IMG/VR virus record: IMGVR_UViG_3300045996_001458
Coordinates: 18,068 to 82,067 of that record
Direction: 5' to 3' (one strand)
DNA from: a virus
Length of the DNA: 64,000 nucleotides
The position numbers were made by a program, and so were the translations under genes. Below are positions 29,164-38,278 of the stretch, in pieces (within the stretch, counting starts at the first letter, position 1; each line of letters opens with the position of its first letter). The notes below the pieces were generated by a model. That model ran no database searches. It saw only the letters and a program-made list of their open reading frames with translations, and was not told where the DNA came from.

Positions 29164-29658
29164 TCAGTGCTTCAACACCTCTCGACCGACCTCGGGGTCG
29201 AGCGATGCGACGGTGTCCACCCCGAACTCCGTCACGGCGGTCAGCAGGCGCTCGTAGCGCTCCGCCTCCGCCAGAACCTCGGCGGCCTTGCTCCGCCGCG
29301 AAGAGACCAGGTACTCCAGGTCCCGCGCGGAGCAGTCACCGAGACGCTTCCACGACTCGCCCACGTACACGGAAGCGGAGAGTTCGGCGCTGTACCAGTC
29401 GATCAGGGCGGCCGTCGCGGCACTCGCCGTTCGCTGACCGGACTTCGTCTTGTACGTCGCCGGATCGGCCGCGGGCTGCACGACCGGGCGGGACAGGACG
29501 TGGCGGACGTACTCCCGCAACGTCACCGACACCACCACGTGCGCCTCGGCGTCCGTCAGGTTGGACAGCAACTTCTCCGTGACCACACCGGGGTCCGGGT
29601 CGTGCTTGCCCAACTCGGCGATAGCCGTCCGGAGATCGCTCGAAGACTCGATGCTCAC
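29164..29658 (-). CDS. Hypothetical protein directly upstream of the array
   Basis: 164-aa ORF coupled to the antirepressor; its stop abuts the first array stem. Confidence 0.75.
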   Translation of the reverse strand: MSIESSSDLRTAIAELGKHDPDPGVVTEKLLSNLTDAEAHVVVSVTLREYVRHVLSRPVVQPAADPATYKTKSGQRTASAATAALIDWYSAELSASVYVGESWKRLGDCSARDLEYLVSSRRSKAAEVLAEAERYERLLTAVTEFGVDTVASLDPEVGREVLKH

Positions 29659-30485
29659 GCCACACCGTCCTCATCCAGGACGAGCGGAGCGGTCCCACCC
29701 ATCCGCTTGTGCAGATAGGACAGACCAGCCACCGTCACCCGCACCTGCGGCTTCGCCGGCACCTCCTCCTTGGTGTAGGAGTCGACCCGCGTACGGGGCC
29801 GCAGGGTGACGTGTGCCGAGTGGTTCGAGTACGGCTTGTCACCGGGGCCGATCAGCCGCCAGGACCGCAGCAGCTCGAACAGCCGGCGCTGGCCGGTGGA
29901 GATCGACGGATCCCGGTTGAGGATGTAGGCGGCCTCCCGCACCGAGTAGTCCGCGCCGGTGTCCGCGAGGACGTCCCACGACACGGCGCGGGGACGCAGC
30001 TCGATGACCTCGGCCTCGGCGGTGTCGGCACGCAGCGCTTCACGATCCGCGCGGTCCGCCTCGGCGATGACCATCTCCGCCAGCTCGCGGCGACCGATGG
30101 CAGTGACGTCCACGCGGGGTGCGGTCTCCGCCTCGCGGGTCTTCACAGCGAAGTAGACACGCGCCTCGGCGACGGCCTTCTTCGTGTCGTCACCGGCCAT
30201 CGCGGTCAGGTACGCCGCGAAGCGGGTGAGCCGGTAGTCGTCCAAGCGCTGGTTGCCCCACCGCCCGCCATCACTTCCCGCGGCCAGGAAGTGATGGTCT
30301 GCCGAATCGGCACCTTCGACCAGCGACAGGGAGTACCTGGCCTTGGAGATGACGGCCGCGAAGTTCTCCCACTTCAGGTAGTCCATCACCGGGGCGAGGT
30401 CGCGCCCGGTCCAGAACTCGCCGGCCTCGTCGGTGCGACGGATGGCATCGAACTGGGACGAGCCGAAAAGGGTGAGGTCGGTCAT
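29655..30485 (-). CDS. Phage antirepressor (BRO/DinD-like N-terminus + KilAC/ANT C-terminus)
   Basis: FDAIRR..EFWTGRDLAPVMDYLKWENF; DYRLTRFAAYL; YSVREAAYIL..GQRRLF..QVRVTVAGL. Confidence 0.88.
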   Translation of the reverse strand: MTDLTLFGSSQFDAIRRTDEAGEFWTGRDLAPVMDYLKWENFAAVISKARYSLSLVEGADSADHHFLAAGSDGGRWGNQRLDDYRLTRFAAYLTAMAGDDTKKAVAEARVYFAVKTREAETAPRVDVTAIGRRELAEMVIAEADRADREALRADTAEAEVIELRPRAVSWDVLADTGADYSVREAAYILNRDPSISTGQRRLFELLRSWRLIGPGDKPYSNHSAHVTLRPRTRVDSYTKEEVPAKPQVRVTVAGLSYLHKRMGGTAPLVLDEDGVA

Positions 30486-30495
30486 GTCGTCCGCC

Positions 30496-30723
30496 TCACG
30501 CCGCGTCGGCGATGAGGGCGTCGATGAGGCCGAGGGCTTCCTCGCCGAACAGCCGGCTGACCTCGGTGACGGGGATGTAGAGGCGGTTGCCGAGGCGGGT
30601 GACCGCGATCTCGCCGTTTTGGATGGCGACCCTGACGGCCTTGACCTTCATGCCGGTGATCTGGGCGAACTCGGCGGGAGTGAGGGACACCCGCTTCGGC
30701 CGGGGGCTGTTCTGGGGGGTCAT
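30496..30723 (-). CDS. Excisionase/Cro-like HTH protein
   Basis: LTPAEFAQITGM..VRVAIQNGEI..RLGNRLYIP (HTH_17-like); divergent from the repressor. Confidence 0.8.
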   Translation of the reverse strand: MTPQNSPRPKRVSLTPAEFAQITGMKVKAVRVAIQNGEIAVTRLGNRLYIPVTEVSRLFGEEALGLIDALIADAA

Positions 30724-30741
30724 ACCGGAAACCCTAGGTGG

Positions 30742-30755
30742 AGTTACCGGTAACT
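30742..30755. promoter_or_regulatory. Perfect palindrome AGTTACCGGTAACT (putative repressor operator)
   Basis: Lies between divergent xis/cro and repressor; degenerate copies near 30775 and 30823. Confidence 0.7.
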
Positions 30756-30901
30756 ACAAGAACTTGGACCTCCGACTTCCGGTAATTTCGGGTAGCCGGT
30801 TGACCACTTGCCGTCAACATCCACTACCTGTAACCAGTTGTTTACCCGGCTAGCTCCAGTTGGATGTAGATGGACCTAGTTGGATCGGGCATGATGACCC
30901 T

Positions 30902-31297
30902 ATGACGACAGACGCGGGACGTGTATGGCTCGGCGAGAAGGTGCAGGAGCACCGCAAGCGACTGCGCCTCAGTAAGGAAGAGGCGGCCCGACGGGCCGGT
31001 GTCAACGTCAAGACCTGGACGCAGGTCGAGCGGGGCGAGGTGGTTCGCGACACCACCTACGTCGGAGTCGAGGAGGCGCTGGAGTGGCAGAGCGGTAGCG
31101 CAGAGGCCGTACTGGACGGCAACGATCCAGTCGTGGTCGAGCGCGCCCAGGAAGAGCCACCCGACGAGGTCGCCGAGCTCGCCCGGCTCTTGGAGGTGGT
31201 ACGGGACAAGTTCGGGGACTCCGTGTACACCGAGGCGATCCGTGTCGTCGAACGCACACGTACCGACACGAAGCGTGACCGTCACAACCTTGCGTAG
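30902..31297 (+). CDS. Immunity repressor (XRE HTH)
   Basis: RKRLRLSKEEAARRAGVNVKTWTQVERG; position next to integrase; start uncertain. Confidence 0.85.
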   Translation: MTTDAGRVWLGEKVQEHRKRLRLSKEEAARRAGVNVKTWTQVERGEVVRDTTYVGVEEALEWQSGSAEAVLDGNDPVVVERAQEEPPDEVAELARLLEVVRDKFGDSVYTEAIRVVERTRTDTKRDRHNLA

Positions 31298-31426
31298 CTC
31301 GATCGGTCCAGTTCGCTACTCCATACGAGGTCGAACACCCACCGAACAGCGCAGCCGAACGGCGTAACAATCCGCATCTCTGCGGCGTTAATCCCTAGGT
31401 CAGGTGAAGTTGTCGGGGAGGCCGCC

Positions 31427-31768
31427 TTGTACCGAGTCGTGCTGATCACGCTCGCCGTGTCCGTTGTCGCAACCGCTGCCACCACCGCCATCAATCTTCT
31501 CGTCGACACCAATGTCGGCCCGGCCCGCTTCGGCGCCGACCTCATCTGGTCCGCCACCATCGCCTCATGGCTCGTCGTCGCCATGACGTGGTGCACCGAA
31601 CGTGTCGTCACCAGCAACCGCAACGGCTGGAAGAAGGTCAGCGCGAAAGTCGACAAGGTCGAGACCCGCCTGGGCGAGGTAGAGGACGCGATGTCCGACA
31701 TCGACAAGGAGCGTGTCCAGGCCAACGCCGTGGTGGTGCAACTGTTCAGGAACCGGCAGGCGAAGTAG
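31427..31768 (+). CDS. Membrane protein (2 TM)
   Basis: Two hydrophobic segments plus a coiled-coil tail; between repressor and integrase. Confidence 0.65.
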   Translation: MYRVVLITLAVSVVATAATTAINLLVDTNVGPARFGADLIWSATIASWLVVAMTWCTERVVTSNRNGWKKVSAKVDKVETRLGEVEDAMSDIDKERVQANAVVVQLFRNRQAK

Positions 31769-31780
31769 AAGGGACCAGCC

Positions 31781-32977
31781 ATGGGCAGGCCGCCGCTTGA
31801 ACCTGGCACCGCAGGCAGCATCACCGTCACAGCCCTACCGGAGGGCGGCCATGTCGCCCGATGCCGGTTCGGCGACTACGACGGCGTCACCCGCCCGGTC
31901 GAGCGTCGCGGAAAGAACCAGCAGGCCGCGCGTGCGAACCTCCAGAAGGCGCTGAAGGATCGCAAGCGACTGGGTGGCGACGGTGAGATCGGCCCGGAGA
32001 CCTTCGTGAAGGAGCTCGCCGAGCTGTGGTTCACCAAGATCGAGGAGCGGGTGGCCGCCGGCAAACGGTCGCCGGGAACCGCGCGGACCTACCGCATCTA
32101 CATGGACTCGCTCGTGATCCCGCTCATGGGCAAACTCCGCCTCCGGCAGGTAACCGTGGGACGAGTCGACGCGCTCATCGCCGCGGCAGTGAAGGAGAAA
32201 GGGCCGGGTGCGGCGAAGACCACGCGGGCGGTGATCTCGGGCATCCTCGGCATCGCCGTCAGGCACGACGTACTCGACGCGAACCCGACCCGCGAGGCCG
32301 AGGTGATCGAGTCCCCCGACAAGAAGCCGGCCAGGGCGCTGACGCTGGACGAGGTGGCGCTCATACGTGGGAAGGTCCGCAGCGACAAGCGGTCCGCGGC
32401 GCGGGACCTCCCCGACTTGGTGGACATGCTGCTTGCCACGGGACTACGCATCGGTGAGGTCTGCGCGATCACCTGGGACTCGCTGAATCTCGACGCGCGG
32501 ACTGTCGAGGTTCGGGGGGTGGTGATCAGAGTCAAAGGCCAGGGCCTCACCATCAAGACGTATCCGGGGTCCAAGACGAAACACCGGACGCTGCTTCTTC
32601 CTCGATGGGCCGTCGCGATGCTGCTCGATCGGCAGGTGAGGCAGATACCGAACGAGTGGAACGTGGTGTTCACGTCCCCAAGGGGATTCCTGCGCGACCC
32701 CAGTAATACAAACGCGGATCTGCGGGACGTTCTCGACAAGGCCGCCGTCGATGATCAGGGCATGGAGGTGTTCCCTGCGATGGAGTGGGTGACGAGCCAT
32801 GTCCTCGGCCGCAAGACGGTGCTCACGCTGATGAACCTCGCCGGGCTTCCGGCCAGCGCGGCGGCGGACCAGGCGGGACACTCGAAGGTGTCGATGACGC
32901 AGGACCACTACTTCGGCAGGAAGACCACCGACACGGGGGCCGCAGACCTGCTGGACGACCTGTTCGAGTCCAAGTAG
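31781..32977 (+). CDS. int: Tyrosine integrase
   Basis: TGLRIGE, SHVLGRK, QAGHS..MTQDHY catalytic motifs. Confidence 0.95.
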   Translation: MGRPPLEPGTAGSITVTALPEGGHVARCRFGDYDGVTRPVERRGKNQQAARANLQKALKDRKRLGGDGEIGPETFVKELAELWFTKIEERVAAGKRSPGTARTYRIYMDSLVIPLMGKLRLRQVTVGRVDALIAAAVKEKGPGAAKTTRAVISGILGIAVRHDVLDANPTREAEVIESPDKKPARALTLDEVALIRGKVRSDKRSAARDLPDLVDMLLATGLRIGEVCAITWDSLNLDARTVEVRGVVIRVKGQGLTIKTYPGSKTKHRTLLLPRWAVAMLLDRQVRQIPNEWNVVFTSPRGFLRDPSNTNADLRDVLDKAAVDDQGMEVFPAMEWVTSHVLGRKTVLTLMNLAGLPASAAADQAGHSKVSMTQDHYFGRKTTDTGAADLLDDLFESK

Positions 32978-33047
32978 ATCCGGACAAGTCCTTCTGTTTC
33001 CGTGGGGTAAGCGTGGGGTACACCTGGTCATGACCCCTACAAGACGA

Positions 33048-33075
33048 TCGCCCCAGGCCTGTGACCTGGGGCGAT
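33048..33075 (+). terminator. Hairpin downstream of the integrase
   Basis: TCGCCCCAGG/CCTGGGGCGA inverted repeat. Confidence 0.55.
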
Positions 33076-33122
33076 GGCTCCCCCTACTGGATTCGAACCA
33101 GTAACCCTTCGATTAACAGTCG
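33075..33122 (-). other. attP core identical in form to the 3' half of tRNA-Asn(GUU)
   Basis: CGACTGTTAATCGAAGGGTTACTGGTTCGAATCCAGTAGGGGGAGCCA with no 5' half; CGTGGGGTA arm-like repeats at 33001, 33012 and 33222. Confidence 0.88.
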
Positions 33123-33307
33123 CCGCTTGGCTGACCAGGGAACTTTCGGTAACAAGACAGCTTGATAGCGGTTCGGACATCCCGGTAACTCCCGGTAAGT
33201 CAGTCAAGGTTCTCGGGTTTCCGTGGGGTAAACGTCGGGTTTGATCACGACCGGGGCATGGGACGGCCCCCGTCTCCAGGGAGTACGGGGGCCGCCATCC
33301 CACCGGG

Positions 33308-33508
33308 TCAGAAGCCCAGGCGGTCGCACCTGGCCGCAGCGAGGAACGCCCCCGCTGAGGCTGCGGTGAACACCAGGACACTCGACGTGTTCTTCGAGTC
33401 GCGCACGCCGATCACCGTCGTTGTGATCGCCAGTTCCACACAGTTGCCGCCTTCGCCGCCGCTTCGAGCGCTCTTGCGCCATGCGACATCGGACAGGTCT
33501 GGATTCAT
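33308..33508 (-). CDS. DUF397 (BldB-like) protein
   Basis: WRKSARS..GGNCVE..VRDSK. Confidence 0.92.
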   Translation of the reverse strand: MNPDLSDVAWRKSARSGGEGGNCVELAITTTVIGVRDSKNTSSVLVFTAASAGAFLAAARCDRLGF

Positions 33509-33527
33509 CCCGACCTCCTTTGTGCTC

Positions 33528-34382
33528 TCACAGGTTCGAGGCAACTGTAGTCAGGCAGGTCACGCTGTCGTTCGGCGTCATGGCCATCCCGGAGAGCTGG
33601 GAGAACATCGCCTCGTAACGATTCAGATCCGCAGCCTTCTCCAGGTACAGCGACCCGCGGCCGTTCTCCAGGTAGACGGTGTTCATGCGCGGCTCGTCGT
33701 CGAACCCGAGCAGAAGGAACGGCGCCGTCATCGCCGGGTGTGCGCCCGCCTCGAACGGGAGCACCTGGATCGTGACGTGCGGAAGGTCGGCCAACTCGGC
33801 GAGGTGCCGCAGTTGCTCCGCCATGACCTCCCCGCCGCCGACCTTGCGTAGGAGCACGGCCTCGTTCAGGACGGCGTGCAACGTGGGCGGTTCGTCGTCC
33901 GTCAGCCGCTGCTGTCGGGCGCGGCGCAGTTCCACCTGCCTGTCCAGTTCCGGCGGCGTGGACTCGGGCCGGTTCGCCAAGGCGACGGCGCGAGCGTACC
34001 CCGGCGTCTGGAGCAGGCCCGGGATCAGTTCCGACTCGTAGGCGCGCAGCGTCGAGGCGTCGTGCTCATAGCCGAGGAAGAGCCGGAACCAGTCCGGCAC
34101 GAGCTTGGAGTACGTCACCCAGTAGCCAGGCTGGTTGGCCTCTTCGGCGAGTTCGAGCAGGCGGGCACGGTCGGCGTCGGCCATCCCGTACTTGGGCGCG
34201 AGCAACTTGATGTACATCGGTTTGATCAGTTGCTTGCCGCCCTCGATCTTCGACAGCGTCCCCGGCGTCACCTCGATCTCCGCGGCGGCTTCCTTCGGGG
34301 TCACGTCCGCGATGGTGCGGAAGCGGCGGAGCTCGTCGCCGAGCTGCCACCGACGGATCGTGGGACGTGACTTGCTGGGCAT
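33528..34382 (-). CDS. XRE HTH + DUF5753 regulator (WhiJ-like)
   Basis: RRWQLGDELRR, IPGLLQTPGYARA, RRARQQRL, EAVL..VGG..VM..QL..L. Confidence 0.92.
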   Translation of the reverse strand: MPSKSRPTIRRWQLGDELRRFRTIADVTPKEAAAEIEVTPGTLSKIEGGKQLIKPMYIKLLAPKYGMADADRARLLELAEEANQPGYWVTYSKLVPDWFRLFLGYEHDASTLRAYESELIPGLLQTPGYARAVALANRPESTPPELDRQVELRRARQQRLTDDEPPTLHAVLNEAVLLRKVGGGEVMAEQLRHLAELADLPHVTIQVLPFEAGAHPAMTAPFLLLGFDDEPRMNTVYLENGRGSLYLEKAADLNRYEAMFSQLSGMAMTPNDSVTCLTTVASNL

Positions 34383-34685
34383 GTTCTCCTCCGGTGTCTG
34401 GGTGTGCGGCTACATCCTGCACCGCATCGACGCCCAGTTTCCTAGCACTTTCACCCGTCCGGCTAGTGCGTGCAGGAAATTCCTGAGCTACATTTCCTCT
34501 GCGCCCACTGCCGGTCGGTGGGAGGCAGCCCGGTCCCGCAGGCTCTCACAGGTTCGCGGGGCCGGGCCAAGGTCCCCGCCGGATCCTTCACCTGACTCGG
34601 CGGGTCGCCCGGTCCCTATGGCCGGGCAGGTGTCGGGGCATCGTCGCCGGTGTCCCGGCACCCCGGGCTCATGGACGGAGGAGCG

Positions 34686-34949
34686 ATGAGCACCCTGCTG
34701 GCTGTCGCGTTACTGGTCGGAGCCCTCCGCGCCCTGCTCTACGTGATCTGGCTTCTCGCCCGCCCCCACAGGGCGATGTACGAGGAGATCGCCGCGCGGT
34801 GCGCAGCCCTCAACACCTCCGTCCCCGACCCCTCGGTGGACGGAACGGCCACGGCCGGGGCGGGAACCCCCGACTCTGCTCCGGTCGTGGCCCGTCGTCG
34901 TGTCGGCTGGTGGAGCGGAAGCGCCCCGGCCCACAGGCGGGTGGCGTGA
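34686..34949 (+). CDS. Small membrane protein with TTA at codon 9
   Basis: GGAGGAG RBS; hydrophobic N-terminus; TTA 34710-34712. Confidence 0.6.
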   Translation: MSTLLAVALLVGALRALLYVIWLLARPHRAMYEEIAARCAALNTSVPDPSVDGTATAGAGTPDSAPVVARRRVGWWSGSAPAHRRVA

Positions 34950-35234
34950 TGGACGTCGTCCTCGGTGTGTGCGTGGCCCTCGTCCTCGCCGGCCCGTACG
35001 CGGTCGGCCTGATGCTGGACCCCACTGTCGTCCCCCGTGGGTATCGCTGGATCTCCGTGCCGGGCCGTGTCAGTGGGTCCGGGTCGGCACGGGAGGAGGT
35101 GGGCACGTCCGACGCTCCCCTGACGGACGTGCCCACCTCGCGCCGCGGGGAGGGGCCGTGACCGGGCCGGGGATCGAGACGTACCGGCCGCCCGCCGGCG
35201 GGCCGGCGAACGACAGCGCTGATGGGAGCGTGTC

Positions 35235-35606
35235 ATGACAAGGGCCTCCGCCGAGGTGGTCAAACGGGCGCTTCTCGCCTACCCCAACCTGCGGATGCTG
35301 CTGCGGTTGGACGGGACAGGCTGGGTGTGGCTGCCGCCGCCGACGGACGAGCAGGGTGAGGTGCGGGAGATCCACGGCGTGCGTTTCTGGCTCGACACCG
35401 GCCGGGACCAGGTCGACGCGCTGCGGGTCCGGTCGGAGCTCGACGCCGCCGCCGTACGGACCGACAGCGAGGGCGGGATCCTCTGGAAACGCGATGGGGG
35501 GCTGGTCGACGTGGTTGAAGCGCTGATCGGGTTGCCGCCGCCCGACTCGCCGCACGCGCCGCGCCTGGTGATCGGCCACGCACCTCGGGACCAGTGGTGG
35601 TCGTGA
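35235..35606 (+). CDS. Hypothetical protein
   Basis: 123-aa ORF with RBS in the divergent cluster next to XRE/DUF397. Confidence 0.65.
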   Translation: MTRASAEVVKRALLAYPNLRMLLRLDGTGWVWLPPPTDEQGEVREIHGVRFWLDTGRDQVDALRVRSELDAAAVRTDSEGGILWKRDGGLVDVVEALIGLPPPDSPHAPRLVIGHAPRDQWWS

Positions 35607-36738
35607 GCGACACCGAACTCCAACCGAAGCCGGACCCGTCGGTGTGCATCTGCCGGTGGAAACGATCGCCCTACGCCGGTATGTCCGACGTGCGTGTACC
35701 GAACCCGGCGTGCCCCTTCCCCGGGCACGCCGGCTAGTAGCCACCACTCCCGGTTCCGCACCCCTCCGGGAGTGGACATGACGCCCCCTTGCGCACCCCC
35801 ACGTGAGGGGGCGTCACCCCACCCGCCGCCACAGAGAGGCAGTCACCGACATGGGCTGGAAGATGTCCCGCGAGGAGTTCGAAGCCCGCGCCCTGCACAC
35901 GCTGGAGGAGTCGTACACCGTGCGCCCCACGCCGCGGAACGCGGAGGCGACCGACGCCGAGGCCGCCGAGACGCCCTCGGCGCCCTCGGGACCCGCAGCG
36001 ACCGCGGACTGATGCCGAGGCTCACGCCGACCCGACGCCCCTCGGCTTCGACCCGGGGGGCGTCACCCTGCCCGCACGAAGACTGAGGAGAGAGTCATGT
36101 CCTGGGTGAAGAGGATCGAGTCCGAGCCGGTCAAGCAGCCGGGGTCGCCGTGCCCCGACGATCCGCCGACGGACAAGTCGTGAGCGCGTTAGCCGCGGCC
36201 CGGCGCTGGGCGGTCGCCGCCTGGCGCCGGGCGTCGGCGCCGGTGGACCAGACGGACGACGAGCTGCGGTGGGACGAGCAGCACTGGCAGGTCGCGCCGT
36301 GACGTCTGGCTCCCCGCAGTCATGCGGCCTACCCTGCTGTCCGGAGGTGCCGCCGTGTACGTGATCGCCAACCGCAGGACCGGGCAGACGTTGACCTCGA
36401 CCACCGACCCGTACCGGGCGCGGCTGCTGGCGTGCGGGTTCGAGCAGTACTCGGCGCGCGGTGCGGTCCGGCCGGACATCGGCGGGGTCAACCACTACTG
36501 CCACGTCGGGCGGCTGCGGATGGGTCAGCCCCACCCGTACGAGGCAGGCGCGCGGAGGCTGTTGGACGCGGAGCGGGACGCGCTGGCCCGTGGCGTGGTC
36601 GAGCGCTTGGCCGGGCGGCTCCCGTAGCCGGAGGTCGGGTTCGACACCCCGATGTATTCATAGGTGATCGAAGCATCCCCCCCGGGCATGCCGGACGCCC
36701 CGCACCTCCTCGGGCACGGGGCGGCGCAGGCGGCGGAG

Positions 36739-37140
36739 CTACGTCGGCCGCTTGGCGGTGAGGACGCGGGGCAGGTGGACGTGCAGGTGCCGCACGGTGA
36801 CGTCCACCTCCGCGAAGGCGAGCAGCAGTGCGAGGTCGGACGCCAGGGCCACCGAGCGGTGCCGGCCGCCGGCGCAGCCGAACGCCGCGGTCACGGGCTT
36901 CAGTCGTGCCATGGAGCGGACGAGCCGCGCCGTGGTCGACGCCAGCTCCACGGCTCCGGGCGTGGCGAACACGAACCGGGACACGTCCTCGTCCAGGCCG
37001 GTCCGGTCGAGCATGTCGGCGCCCGGGACGTGGGCGGGGTCGGCCAGCAGGCGGCGCAGGTCGAGCGTGATGTCCACGGTGTCGAGTTCGGGCGTGGGCG
37101 GGTGCAGGTAGCCGAAGGACAGGACGGTGACGGGGTGCAT
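36739..37140 (-). CDS. RapZ C-terminal-domain-like protein
   Basis: VLSFGY, DLR.L.DP, TGLD, FGCAGGRHRSVA. Confidence 0.85.
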   Translation of the reverse strand: MHPVTVLSFGYLHPPTPELDTVDITLDLRRLLADPAHVPGADMLDRTGLDEDVSRFVFATPGAVELASTTARLVRSMARLKPVTAAFGCAGGRHRSVALASDLALLLAFAEVDVTVRHLHVHLPRVLTAKRPT

Positions 37141-37210
37141 GACGGGCCTCTCGCTGGAGTCTCGGTGGGGAACGGAAAGGGGGCGGCCCCCGGAGGGGCC
37201 GCCGGTCCCG

Positions 37211-37393
37211 TCACCGGTTGAGGTGGTTCTCCAGGGCCTCGGCCTGGGCCTGGGTGAGGTTGAAGTACTTGGTCTGGGCCGGGTTGTTGATGTCGGCGGT
37301 GGTGCCGTCGTGGGTGAGGGCCTTGAGGATGGTGCTGCGGCTGTCGGTGACGAAGAAGCCGTTCCCCAGCTTGATCATGTTGTAGCGCTCCAT
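37211..37393 (-). CDS. Small hypothetical protein
   Basis: GAGGAGG RBS; followed by a hairpin-U terminator at ~37176-37203. Confidence 0.65.
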   Translation of the reverse strand: MERYNMIKLGNGFFVTDSRSTILKALTHDGTTADINNPAQTKYFNLTQAQAEALENHLNR

Positions 37394-37432
37394 GGTGTCC
37401 TCCTCGGCGGTGGTGTTCCTTGCTGCTGTAAC

Positions 37433-37539
37433 CATCATGTCCCACTGTGGGACGTTACGCAAGCACCTGTCAGGGGAACCACTCGAACGGAGCAACTCGG
37501 AGGCGGAAGCTTGCACTGTGCCCCACAGTGGGGCATTAT
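37433..37539. promoter_or_regulatory. Divergent promoters, each with a CCCACWGTGGG operator in the spacer
   Basis: TTGCAC-N17-CATTAT (+) and TTGCGT-N17-CATGAT (-); palindromes at 37439-37453 and 37519-37535. Confidence 0.75.
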
Positions 37540-37809
37540 GGCTACACACACAGGACACGCCGCCACGGAGGACGACATGACCACCAACGCCACCGCCGTC
37601 ATCACCGCCGTCATCGCAGACGCGAACGGTAACCCGTTCACCGAGGAACAGGTCATCGACCGCGAGCCGATCGAGCACGACATCGAGCGCGACTTGTCCA
37701 CCGTGTCGTTGTCCGCCGCAGACCTGGGCTGCGAGCCGGGCACGCTCTACCGCGTGTCGCTGGTGGACGACGAGGACCGCGTCCTCGGCTCCCGTGAGGT
37801 CGTCGCGCT

Positions 37810-38157
37810 GTGACCGAGGTGTGGACCACCGACCAGGTAGCCCAGCACCTCGGTATCGAGCCCCGCTCGGTGCGCAAGACCATGTCCCGGTGGGGTATCG
37901 CCGTGAGCGGGAGGGAGCCCGGTCGGGCGGGCGCGAACCTGTACCCCGCCGACGAGGTCCGCGCGGGCAAGTCGGCGTCCCAGGGCAAGGGCAACCGGAC
38001 CTTCCGCAAGCTCACTGCGGCCCAGCTCGACGAGATCCGTTCGGCGCACGGGCAGCGCACCTCAGCCGAGGTGGCGGCCGACTACGGCGTGTCCTCCGGG
38101 TACGTCCGCGCCTTGTGGGCGGAGCGGCATCGGCAGGCGTCCGCCCAGTCGGAGTAG
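37810..38157 (+). CDS. Double HTH DNA-binding protein
   Basis: WTTDQVAQHLGI; KLTAAQLDEIR..AEVAADYGVS. Confidence 0.75.
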   Translation: MTEVWTTDQVAQHLGIEPRSVRKTMSRWGIAVSGREPGRAGANLYPADEVRAGKSASQGKGNRTFRKLTAAQLDEIRSAHGQRTSAEVAADYGVSSGYVRALWAERHRQASAQSE

Positions 38158-38278
38158 CCCGGCCAACCGCTTCGATCCCATATGGATACATCTCGGTGTC
38201 GAACCAGCACTCGCGCACGACGAAACGGCCCCACCCTCCCGTAGGAGAGTGGGGCCGGTTGCTGTCCGCGCGACGATG

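Noticed and set aside
28868-29164. 98-aa ORF through the array (and the antisense ORF 28884-29582)
   Set aside because: Unit periods of 55-62 nt do not keep frame and the peptide is featureless; probably incidental, although its ATG overlaps the upstream stop
33075-33122. Functional tRNA-Asn gene
   Set aside because: The 5' acceptor strand and D-arm are missing; it is an att core
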